The translations under genes and the position numbers were made by a program. A stretch of DNA of 60,429 bases, counting the filler, from Dimargaris cristalligena (Eukaryota): NCBI GenBank assembly GCA_003614675.1. It is 2 parts of 2 records of this genome, joined end to end, with 100 filler letters (N's around TTAATTAATTAA, not from the genome) between each part and the next. Parts side by side here need not be neighbours in the genome. Positions count along the whole stretch, not along the records: positions 1 to 30,188 come from ML002464.1; 1 more part is not named here. The stretch is one strand, 5' to 3'. A model generated the notes under the pieces. The model did no database searches and was not told the DNA's origin. It was given only the letters and a program-made list of their open reading frames with translations. Below, piece by piece: positions 1 to 11,399 of this stretch (its first letter is position 1; every line of letters begins with the position of its first letter).

Positions 1-2215
1 GGGCCCCCTGGTCCCGCTTGGAGGCTCACCAGTGTTGGCCATTTTTGGCAATCGAGCAAAATACCAACTGGCGAATCGTCTACCCAAACTTGGTCGATTA
101 CGATGAATGTATTTCAACTAGATGAAATAGGAGCACTTAATACAAGTGAGGTATTGCATTAAAAAAAAAGTGGCAGTGTGGTTGCATGAATCGTGCATAC
201 GCCACGGCAGCAGCACAGTTCGATGAATCAGTCTACTACCATTTTCAGAACAAGGACCAAACGGCAGGAACAAGCATCCCTTCAAAAAAAAACCCACCAC
301 TGATATAGGAACTCAACGGGAGTAAATTCTTCGGTCCACAAATTGGTCCGCTTGAGTGGGCCAACCGTTTGAGGAATTGCGAAGGGTTGAACTAACGAGG
401 TTGGTAGGCATCCCCCCCAAAACGTAGCAATGCATGTACAGCACGTAACTTTACTAAAGCATGGATGAAAATTGACATTTTATATATGAAATACAGTTGT
501 ATGGACAAGAAGATATATCCCATCTACAGGTGTACGATACTTATGAAACTGGCCGAACTGTAGCCCACAGAATGTAAGCCCGTTAACAGAAAGCAGTTGA
601 AATAATCCCTGATTCAGTGAGGGATTGCCTACGGTTTTCTGTTGGGAAGGGTTCGAAACCACAACATACCCATGGTGAAGGTGACTCTCCGTTGAATGTC
701 AATGGTTGGGAATAACGCATGCCGTTAATTTTTTGTCTGGCGGTCTTTCAATAACCATGTACCCAATAACGGAACCTATTGAAAGTGGTAACTTGGGCAT
801 TGGTATATACCCCTATTGTTACTCTATCCATCTGATTACTGAGGAACCGTTTATGAAAACCTGACTCACTCTACACATAAGCCATGCATACCACTATTTA
901 AGGAGAGGTAGGTTGATCCGCGGTTGTCCTACGTTAGCACTATTGGTTATAATATGGACTTGAGAATGCTACATTTACATGTATGGTTTCATGGCCGCCT
1001 GCTTTTGTTGGATTTCAAAACCAGCACCCGCCCAAGGGTTACTGCTAGTATCTACTATACTTTTATTTCACAGAATACTCAGCGAGAGGGCCTTCCCATG
1101 ACGCGTCTATACAATGTGCTTCTATAGCACTCCCGGGTAAGAAATTTCTAGAGAGAGAGTATATGTAGAATATATGTATTGTTTGACTTACTTAACCTTT
1201 GCCCTTTCTCTTGTTAATTCCTTACCAATATACAACCACCTCGACTCTACCGCTTTATACTGACCTATGTTGCACCTAAAAGTATAGACCAGGGCCTGCG
1301 AACCCACCAAGCGTAGTGATGGCAATTAATCTATGGTGGGTTTGGGTCTGACTAACTATACTGGCATTGGGACTTGCAGGGAAGCAGTGGGAATAGGGTG
1401 TATATTAGGGAAACTGCGGTAATAACAATCTGTTGTTCCAGAAACAGTCCAATGAAATTGTATGTATGAGTATCCAGTGGGCTAGTGTATTCCGACTGTT
1501 GGGCGACTATGCTTAGTTTCAACTGATGCGGGCTAATTCTTTATCTGGGTACTGATATTCTGGGCGTGGTATTACTGACTCGGGGGGTCAAGTTGTGGAC
1601 TAATGATTCAGTAGGCCGTTTTCACATTAAACTACTATATGGGATGCGAGTGTTTCGTGCCACGGGGAGTTTTCTTCAAGGAAGCCCACGCCCGTAGCAA
1701 AGAACAAGAGTAGGTGTAGTAATAGTAGAAAAACCTTAACGATTTGGATATCGACTTTGTTACCTGTGTCTGGATGATACGTATGGGGAATGAATAATCT
1801 AGCTGTGTGACAAATGGTGTATTATTGACAAGACAGTGGGTAGTATTGGGCGAAAATATACATGCCGCCTGTTTCCGATATACAGCTGAGTTGCGTGTCG
1901 CGCAAATGCATATTGTGGCTTAGGAGGGCTGATCCCCATTGGGCCCCAACCACCTAATGGCTGATGCAATACACACTCTGTAGGGTCTTTTAGTATATAA
2001 CTTATCAGCTATCCCTGCAACGCAGGCTTCCATCACTTTGGATTCATTGGGTGAATATACCTATTCTCTGTTGGCCATATGACATGTGCCCCCTGTAAGT
2101 TGTGGACTTTACCCAATACAATAAACCGGCTTACATAGCCTATAACAATGCACTTCTTAGAAAGTACTTGAGCCAGTATCTAATATCTTCGAGTATAATA
2201 AGAGGGCTAGTATTA

Positions 2216-2319
2216 TTGGAATACTAAGAATGTAAAGAAAATAAAACTAAAAGTAAGGGAAGAAAACAGCTAGAGGACAGTAGATGCCTCTAGGTGGTTA
2301 GTTTTATTGAACTGTAATT
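2216..2319. repeat. Dispersed ~100-bp palindromic repeat, copy 1 (MITE/TE-end-like)
   Basis: Closely matches 30088-30188 (shared core GCTAGAGGAC.GTAG.TGCCTCTAGGTGGTTAGTTTTATTGAACTGTAATT). Contains nested inverted repeats AATAAAACT/AGTTTTATT and CTAGAGG/CCTCTAG. Confidence 0.8.
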
Positions 2320-3708
2320 TTCTGTAGGGTGAAATATAAGTGGCTAATATGAATGATCTCATGATATCAGAAAAAATTAACATAATTGGATGAAAATAGG
2401 ATAGGATAAAGAACATGTAGGAACATATTCTTCAATATTTTCTGACTGGGGCCCTATCACTTATTTTTATTATTATTTTCTTTCCACTTTTTCTAGTACT
2501 ATGCCGGTGTACATGGGTAGTACTGCTTACCCCAATACCTACTCTGACAATGGATATATAGTCTAGCCAAATGTACCTCATACCTTTACTGGTGCAGGTA
2601 ACACTGTTGGGTAGGTAATTGGACGGACTTGTCCCGATACTACCGATGACTGGATACTAATTGAAGTGAAACGTGGTGATGGAAAGGTCACTCTATGTCC
2701 TACACTAGTTTGGATGGCTTTGGGCACTTCTCATTAAAAAGGGTAATCACACACTTGGGATGCACCTGCGTCTCAAATAGCCCTAAGTAACTTAATGAAT
2801 ACGCGTAGTTTATGCATCTCTGTTGGATTCTATTGCAGCACCTTTTTGTTGCAAAGCATAGTGGGAATAAAGGCAACCCTACATGGGGGAAAATCAACAC
2901 GGCAGGCTAAGGTTTTAAAATGCTATGTGAGTGGTCAAATTGGCGGACCCTCTATGTTTAACCAGTAGTAGTAGTACGAACCTGGCGAAACGGGTTATTC
3001 GGTAGATTGCTAGGCTGGACTTATCCCGAATAGATTGAACGAGAAAACGGGGAGACTAAGGCAGGTATACCCCCGAGCAATACTGGTGGAACTTATAATC
3101 CTCCCCCTTCACATCAGCTAATCAATGCAGACGACTCGGAATAAAGGGTAGTACAGGGTTGGGTACACCCATCCCTTCCCTCCGTTCCTATCCAAATTAA
3201 GCACTATGGTATATATTCACGTTGGACACCGACAAATCGTGAGCTAATTGGTTTAATCTCCACTTTGAATAATAAATGCGTTGAGTGGTCAAATTCACTT
3301 TCCTCATTTGAACACTTGTACAACGGCTTGTCGTGAAGCAATATACGCAGTTGAAACGCCATAGACAATCGGCTCCCGCTAAATATATATACGTATACAT
3401 ATATATGAATTATGAAATTGCAAAGGCAGGTGGTTCAAATGGTCATTTCCCTCGTTGTCACCATCACCCCCGTAACACGACCGAGGCGGGATAATTCCCA
3501 GACACTCGTTTATAAATACCTGCCTTCACCCACCTCATTATAATTGACTATACTCAATTCCCTTTCTTTCAACTGGGCTTCACTGGGAATACTAACGTCC
3601 CCCCACTTCCGAATCTATCCGCATCCTCATTGATTACATCGTCGTATCCGCCGCCTCCCGTCCGAATAAGCCCTCCCCCACCAAGCCACTACGTTCGAGA
3701 TTCCCGCG

Positions 3709-5422
3709 ATGAAGTCCGTAGGTTATTCATTCACCCTGGTGGGCATGATGGTCGCCCACTGTGCCGTCGCTTACCCCTATCCCGCCATCGAGTCCCCCGT
3801 ACTCGAGTCGACCGGACTGGTAGTGGGCACAAACCCGCTGTCTAATAGCATAGGGTACTCGACTGGTTCTGGTGACCCAAAGGCACTTCCGAGTACCATG
3901 TCTAGTGGGTCCAACGGTGAGCACGATGACGGGTCATCGGTTAGCCACACTCGGAAACCCACACATCCCGGCCGAGCTCAGTTGACAAAGCCCTCGAACC
4001 TGTTTCCCAATGCCTTACCAAATGAATTGATCTGGCTGGTTGGTAAGCAACTTAACCCCCTGGATTTAGCCCAGGTAGCCCAAGCATCTACAACGACTCA
4101 AAAAATACCCCTCAGCAACAAGGATTATCTCAAAGCTGTCCATGTAAGTACACCCTTATTGTGGTTCCCAAAATGTAACCAAGCAGTGGCGCCTTACACA
4201 TGCCCTATCAACCGTCGAGGATGGATCGATTATACATTGATTTTCCATAGCGTTTCCTCCCCGCGAGATGGCTACATTACTGTAAATTCGACATGCGCAT
4301 TCCCCAGCCAGTTCTATATCTAATATTCGTATACCATCGCCCATATGCATTCATATTCATTTGACTCGGGCTGTCTAGGCCAAGAAATATATCCATCCCC
4401 AGATTACTGAATTGCTTTCTAATGAGAGTGAAGAAAGAGAAAATGAAAGTGAAAGTGAGGGCCACGAAGAAGCCCTAATCCAAAACCTCCTACCTGTTGA
4501 GTTTGCCAATGCCATGTTCCAGGGGCTCTACACTAAGCTCGCCGGCTATAGAATCACGCCGGATGGCCGACCGTTGCCGCTTGACGACCCGTCCAAAATT
4601 GACGACCAGAATGCTATTCGGGCTCTACCCGGCCTGGTACCGGGGCTACAAACGGTCTACGCCGACTGGTGTTATGTGCGCTTTGACCAATTGTCCCGCC
4701 AGCAGCTCTCTCATCTACTTCCCCTGGTTGAATTTTCCCTCTATAACGATGCTGAGCAACTCTGCAAGGTCACCGAAAAGTTGATTGGTTTGGAGACGCA
4801 AAAAGCCGGCCTCCTAAACCTAGTCGTGCCGTCATTCAGCGATAGCATTCCTTCCAATGGAGAACTCGATACCGAATTCGGTTCATACATGCCGAGTACC
4901 GGCGAGTCTAGATTATACAGTACCCTAATACCAGTCATGACCGGCGCCCTAGCGGCCGCCAAGCAATTCGAGAAACTCGGCGCGTATATATCCTGTGGTC
5001 TGGATTTTAGCGACCAGTACTTTGGCTTGGAGAATTTCTTGTACCTGATGGTCCTCGAATTCAACCTAAACGGTCTGGTGCGAGAGGCTTTGGCGGAATT
5101 TGGACGCGGTAGCCGCCGTTTATATAGGTGTGCCCAGTATTTGGGTTTCCACCGAGCTTACCAAATGATAATTGATGAATATGGCTCGCCGGAACCGGTC
5201 ACTGCTGACTTTGACTACGGTTTTTGCACCGCCCAGTATGGTACATATGGCATGATCCACCTGAGAAGTCCCAGTCCAACTGGCTCAAATGGTAGTGGTG
5301 GTGGTGTTGATACGTATCCCTCGATATCGTTTCGGGCCCTCCGGTCCGCTCTGCCCCAATACCCCGCATTACCCGAATCGGCCTTCGAGGACCAAACGGT
5401 GGTCGAGAAGCTGATCAAATAA
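3709..5422 (+). CDS. Secreted protein with N-terminal signal peptide and F-box-like motif, ~492 aa (exons 3709-4143, 4379-5422)
   Basis: Two ORFs join in frame through a GTAAGT (4144) ... CTAG (4378) intron. The hydrophobic leader is MKSVGYSFTLVGMMVAHCAVA, and residues ~103-140 LPNELIWLVGKQLNPLDLAQVAQAS resemble the F-box consensus. A TATA-like TATAAATA lies near 3511. Confidence 0.75.
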
Positions 5423-6570
5423 AGGACCATTAGATATTGTTTTTTTGCCGGGTCGAATCTCGAGACCAGTTTAGTTTGGTCCTAGTTCGATGGTCTATGC
5501 AATTGGCCACCCTTTTTACCCCAGCGCTTTCCCAATACTGATGCATTTCCAACTGTGCCTCGGGTAGCCATGATGGTTAATATTCCAGGTTTGTCCAGTT
5601 TCTACGGTGTAGTTACCTTTGTTTTTGTTTTTTTCATTCTGAACATTAGTTTAGCTCATCGCTTAATTTATCGAAATAAATAGTCTATAGCAGTAAGGCC
5701 GTAAACAAATAAAAAATACTCTGACCAGCTTGGTCTATATACTGTACAGCTTACGAATGGGCTGTATGTTAGGCGGAACTCTCTAAAGGTTCAATGGCTT
5801 TGAGGCCGTCATGGTATGGGACTCCATTTAACTTGTTACTTCTAACTCTACGGCTGGACGTAATTCCGCTAATACTGAAGCGTCATTACCCTTGCCCGAC
5901 GATAGTATGGCCGTGGACCAAAATAACAAGTTAAATGGAGACCCTGAACCCCCGGTCGTAGACGATGGGTAGAGCCTCTTCGTTATCAACAACGACTGTG
6001 GTCCCTGAGCACCTTGCCATGGCTCCCCAAACCACCTCGGATATGATACTACCGCGCATAACATAATTAGATCCGATAGATATAACGGGTGCTTCGCCTA
6101 CCATGTTAATATTTCTTGGTTTACTAGTGTCCCTATCGCTCACCTTACTTCGCTCCTATATACTCTACTTCATCTCTAGTTAATAAAAACCCGTCCATTA
6201 CATTCGCTAAACCAACAAGAGCATCCCAGTAATACCACGGTTAGACTAACTTCCCTTAAACGCTGCCAAAGGAACATCCAAAGGCCACACCAATACAAAA
6301 TAAAAGACGGGACAGCCCCTCCCATCCACACTATACAACCAAAATTGAGCAAACTACAGGCGATTTTTAGGAGATTCGTATATTTATATCACGGAATAGA
6401 AAGTGAATAGGAATTACGGTGGGGGTACTAATGAATAATGTAATAATAGATAGTGGAAGGAGAAAATATAGAAAAAGAGCCAGTCATTTATATATATATA
6501 TACATATATATATATAAATTGGTATATGAGAGGAAACAAGCAAGCAAAAATTCAATGAAAAATCAATTTC

Positions 6571-9500
6571 TCATTGGCGTTTACTACCCTTGCGGGTCGT
6601 AGTTTTAATGGTGGTAATGAACGACTCGGGAGCAGGAATGGAGGCTGCCCGCAACCGAGCGCGTTGTTCGGGGGACATGTAGGCGACTGGGGCGGTACTG
6701 GGGGGGGAAACAAGGTCGTCTTCCGTAAGGGGCAACGGTTGCTGCTGCTGGCGGGGTGACAGACCAGCGGTAGAGATGGTCGCGGGCGCCTTGCGGGCCG
6801 AGCCAGATCGGCGCCGGTGGAGGTGGTCGTGGTCACTGTTATCCTCTTCTTCCTCACTCTTGGCATCTTTGTCATCGAGCAGCGACTTAGGGGAGGCCCC
6901 CAATAGCTGGTTCTGGTGCAGAGCATTCAGAGACTCAATGGGAATAGTGATGGGGGAAGTCGCGGATTGGGCCGCCACGGAAGGGGAGGTCGCTTGCACA
7001 ATGTGGTAGTTCTCCATGGGGTGGCGCTGCTGGGGCGTATGGTCGGGATTGATGACGATGGAGGGGTTCCGGCTGGGGTGCAGGTAATCAGCTTCATCAG
7101 AATCCGATGCAGCGGCAACTGCTACCACCACAGTGGAAGCATCACTGCCAACAGCAGTGGCGCCCTGGCCAGAGGTACGGCGAAGGCTTTGGTTTCCGTC
7201 GCTCGAAGCAACGAACTTGGCTGGCTCACCCCGGGAAATGGGGGGCGATGGTACCCGCTCGAAGAACTGCTGGGGACTGGTGAGGGTGCCCAAGGCCCGC
7301 CGCATGTGAGAGTTGATGTACTGCAGACCCACCTGGTAACTGGCGTTCATCCAGCCGAAACCCTCGCGAGGCACGTACTTGAAGTCGGTTCCCACATTAC
7401 CGTACTCGACCTTGACCTGATGGGTCAGGTTGACCACGTCGAATTTTTCGGGCACGACACCATTAAAATCGACAAAGGATTTGGTGATAGTGTACAGCCA
7501 GCGGTAGGCCAGACGGCTGGCCAGGTCGGTGTAGTTGTAGCGGCGCAGACCTTCCCAGGCGATAATCTGGTGAGGGGCCCAGCCGAATGGGTAATCCCAC
7601 TGCCGGTTGGGACGATCGAGGGAAATGAGCCCGCGGGACTCTTCGGTACCGCAAACCAATCCACCAATCACCTCGAACTTGGGCAGACTACTCTGGAGCA
7701 TGCGGGCGGCCTTGCGCTCGGACACGCAGCCGGCCCACAGGGCGTAAAGGGTGGTGACAGATTCGTATTCGGACTGCACCTGCTGCTTAACGTCATAGTC
7801 GAAGTACATGCCCTTCTCTTCGTTCCAGCAATAACGGTCAATGGACCGGCGGCGAGAGGCGGCCCGGTCTAACCACGCCTGGCTGGTCTCGACAGTGCCG
7901 TTGGCCAGAGGGAATTGGTCATTGAAGACCTGCTTGATGGCATCGGCAATATCGGTTTCGTACTTGTAGAGCAGGGCGTTGAGGTCGATGGTGGCCAAAT
8001 CAGCGCAACGCTTTTCCAGGCGGTAGGTGGTGTCGTGGCCCGACTCGCGCACGGCCCGATCGTGGACGAAGTAGCGGTCCAGCTTAGGGTTCTGGACCTT
8101 TCCGGTATTGTAAAGCACCTTGTACTCGTCGATGGTGACGCCCATCTTGATGGCGAAGGGTTCCAGAATGTGGTCAAAGTGGGTAGATTCGGTTTCGGGG
8201 GGCATACCGATACCGGTGGGGTGGAAGCAGGAAAGGCCGGTGAGAGGGTCGAGGCGAGGGGCGATCATCCAGACGGTGTAGTACTCCTTGATGGCGGAGG
8301 TCAGAGCCTTGCGGAGCCACTCGCGGTTCGCATCGGCTTGGTCACTGGGCAGGCGCTCAAATACCTTGAGGGCCATGTCGGTGAGGAAGGGGGGCTGGGA
8401 CCGGGTGAGATAGTAACTACGGTTAGCGTTGAGGATCTTGCCGTAGTGCTCAATGGAATACACGAAGTTATCCACCATGTTCTTGGCCAAGTCAAGGCGA
8501 CCGTCGACAATCAAGCCGAGGGCTTCAAAGTAGGAGTCCCAGCCGTACATTTCATTGAAGCGACCACCGGGAACCACAAAGGAGACGGGTTCAAGCAAGG
8601 TCTGGCCATTCTCGTCCACACTGGTGCGGATGTCCAGGGCGAGAATGCCGGGGCGGTCGTTGATGCCCTTGACGTACTGGGGGGTGATATCCTCAGGTAG
8701 CCGAATCAACTGCAGGTTCAAATGGGGGCGGGCGGCGGCGATGGAGGCGTAGTAATTGTAGGCCACGTCGTCGTTATAGGGGATGTAGATACGGGGGGTG
8801 TGGTCGGCACCCAGGTTCTTGGGGTCGGCACAGATGATTTCGAGGCCGTCGGCGTCGATGCGCCGGGTGAGACCATCCCAGAAATGGAACTTGATCATAC
8901 GGGAAAGGCGGTCGACGGGATTCTCGTTGAGACGGGTCTCGTCAATGATGATGTGTTTACGGCCGTTGTCCTTGGCCAGGGCCAGCTCCTGCAGTAAATT
9001 GGACAGCATGTAGGTGCCCCGCACATCGAATTTCTGGAAACCACCAGAGTCGGCGGTACCCACCTTGAGGACCTTGGGGCCCATGTCGTTGACGGTGATT
9101 TGGCAATCACCATCGGTATCCTCCTGGGCGAGGATGAGTTTTTCGGTCTCTTCGACATCAATGAGGAAACGACGGGGCTTGATGGACTTCTCGTCGTGGG
9201 AACCACGCCGCCGGCGCCGGTATTTGGACTCCGGGGCGGATTCCAGGGAAACCTGGCGCATCTCGGGGCGGTCAGTCTACATGACGGGAGGGGGAATTTG
9301 GTTGGAAATGGTCAAAAGGCAGGTGGGTTAATAACATATTGGCCCAATGAACAAACAGGCGGACTATGAACTAGGTCTCGGGACATACGTGGGTGACACA
9401 ACAATCATTTCAGGTGATCGAGTGAAACCTAGGACAGGACGGCTTGAAGCTAGGCCCCAGGTTAATGCACACCCCCGGCCGAAGCTACCACTGGGCAACA

Positions 9501-10294
9501 ACGGGATGACCAGGGGAGGGAGGGGGGAAAATAAAAAGAAGGGGGGTAGAGCACCCTAGTTATTCCACTCTATACACTAGAAGTGGAGCACATGGGTCAG
9601 AAGACCCACACACACGTCAGTCAGGGCTAATGCATCACAATAAGCCCATTGCCCCACAGTAGAGCAAGAGTGAATACCACCAGTGTGGCTAATAGCAAAA
9701 TAAAATAATAGGCAGGCCGCATATCAACTGAATCGACGAATCAGAAGACGTCCATCAACCAATTGATATGTCGGTGATTGTGTACATCACCGGGACGATG
9801 ATGAACACGCACAATGGAATGGGACCAGCGCGGAGAGCCAGCTGAGAAAATGACTAAAGAAAAAGAGGAGCACAAAAATTGATGTGTCATGAACATCCAC
9901 CCACCCCACACACAAACGCACGCCCACTTAATTGCATGAGTCAGAAGGTGTGAGTGGGGTTTTGCTGCATGAATCAGAAGAAATGCCCCCGCCCCCATTT
10001 CCCGTGACCACCAAAAATAGCGCCGCTTCCGGACTGCTATACGGTGGGCAGCGGTCGACTTGAATGAGGTCCTGGGCGGCAAAGAAAAAAAAACAGACAT
10101 GGCGTAAACCCCCAAACACACTGTCCCCCACTGGGATGAGGAGGGAAAAGAAAGCTGATGGCGGCTAATATGAAATGCGACTAAAAAGTACTTACGGTGC
10201 TCAGGGTACGGTTACGGTGCAGCGCATTGGTGGCATGGGAGGAGTAGTACTCGAATGCGGGAGCATTCGCAGAGGGCCGTTCAGTATCAGTCAT
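6571..10294 (-). CDS. NTH1: Neutral trehalase (GH37); exons 10294-10196 and 9276-6571
   Basis: Motifs PGGRFNEMYGWDSYF, NANRSYYLTRSQPP, RESGHDTTYR, QWDYPFGWAPHQ, EGFGWMN, the Ca-binding QEDTDGDCQIT and the PKA site RRGS. An upstream exon MTDTERPSANAPAFEYYSSHATNALHRNRTLST ends at GTAAGT in phase 0, matching the TAG acceptor at 9277. Confidence 0.95.
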
Positions 10295-10523
10295 GGCGAT
10301 ACTATACTAATGAAACAATTAAAAATAAACTGGGAAACAAGAGCAGGCGTATGGGTGAGATGGCGAAGGCCAAGAATAAGAGAAAAAGAACGGAAGAAAG
10401 GAAGAGTCGAGGTCTATCAAAAGAGCAACAGAAGGAAGGACGGGTGGTGGAGCAGAAGAGCGCCAAAGGGTCCAACAAGGAAGAAAAGGCAAGAGGCGCA
10501 AAATGGAGACAAGGAGGGGAGAG

Positions 10524-10560
10524 TCACTACTACTGCGACTACTACTACTACTACTACTAA
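10524..10560. repeat. (CTA)n microsatellite in the NTH1 5' region
   Basis: Directly visible ACT/CTA repeat. Confidence 0.8.
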
Positions 10561-11399
10561 TACAGTACGGAATAGGAGAAAGATAAGAGGGATCAAAGAG
10601 AATAAGGGATATTTTACTCTCGATATATATATATATATAGACGGGGGGGATATAGCCTCCGGCACCAGGAAAGGCACTACTAACAGGCCAAACAAAAGAA
10701 AATGGGTGAGGAGGGGGAGAAGTGAAGGGGGGAAATGGGGAGGGGAACAACGAAAGGTGATGGACGGGAAATGAACGGAGAGAGAGAGGCGGGTACTCAG
10801 ATATATATAGGGGGGGCGAGATGGCGAAGCCGTCCCAGCATATAGTCTCTTTCCCTCTGCCTGGCCATATGGGGAGAGAGAGAGAGTAGTGCATATAGTC
10901 AAAGGCAAAAACCTGGCGAATCACAATCAGGAAGGCCACACGCACCCATAAAAAAGGGGAAGTGGGAGTGAGAGTGGGTGGTATAGGCACTATTATAGTC
11001 GCCATCTTAAAGTACTGATAATCTGTATATTTCAATTGAAAAGTGTGTGTGTGTGTGGCGGGCAACCTGCCACCCGCACGTACTACCTACCACTCTATAT
11101 GGAGGGGGGGGGATGTGTGTCTTTTTTCCTCCCCACACATCCTCCGCAGGGATGTTTTTCCGGGGGAAGAATACTCAGCTAATAAACCCTCTATCTCTAT
11201 ATATCTCTCTCGCCGCTCAGCCGAGCCACCACTGCCTATAATATTACTGGTTGGGGAAAGCGAAAAACCCCGTCAGTTCGTACGGACGGGCCCTCCGATA
11301 ACCAGTCAACGGACGACAGTGTTCGAGCTCTATGCGACCCCTTCGTCTTATCGCGCCTCTTCCACTCCCCTCTTGTCCATTCCTCTCTCCCCTATTCCT

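Noticed and set aside
1-125. Possible 3' end of a gene at the window start (APWSRLEAHQCWPFLAIEQNTNWRIVYPNLVDYDECISTR*)
   Set aside because: Too short to support and no motif is recognised.
640-670. GGTTCGAAACC resembling a tRNA T-arm
   Set aside because: No acceptor stem, D-arm or anticodon arm can be built around it.
6916-8700. Long antisense ORFs over NTH1 (318 and 261 aa), and likewise over PMC1 (387 and 322 aa), 14-3-3, PDB1 and UTP13
   Set aside because: These are shadow ORFs caused by strong C/G third-position bias of the sense genes, and they have no recognisable motifs.
9797-9845. Box C (ATGATGA) ... box D (CTGA) pair
   Set aside because: It is antisense to the host intron, spans only ~48 nt and has no recognisable guide.
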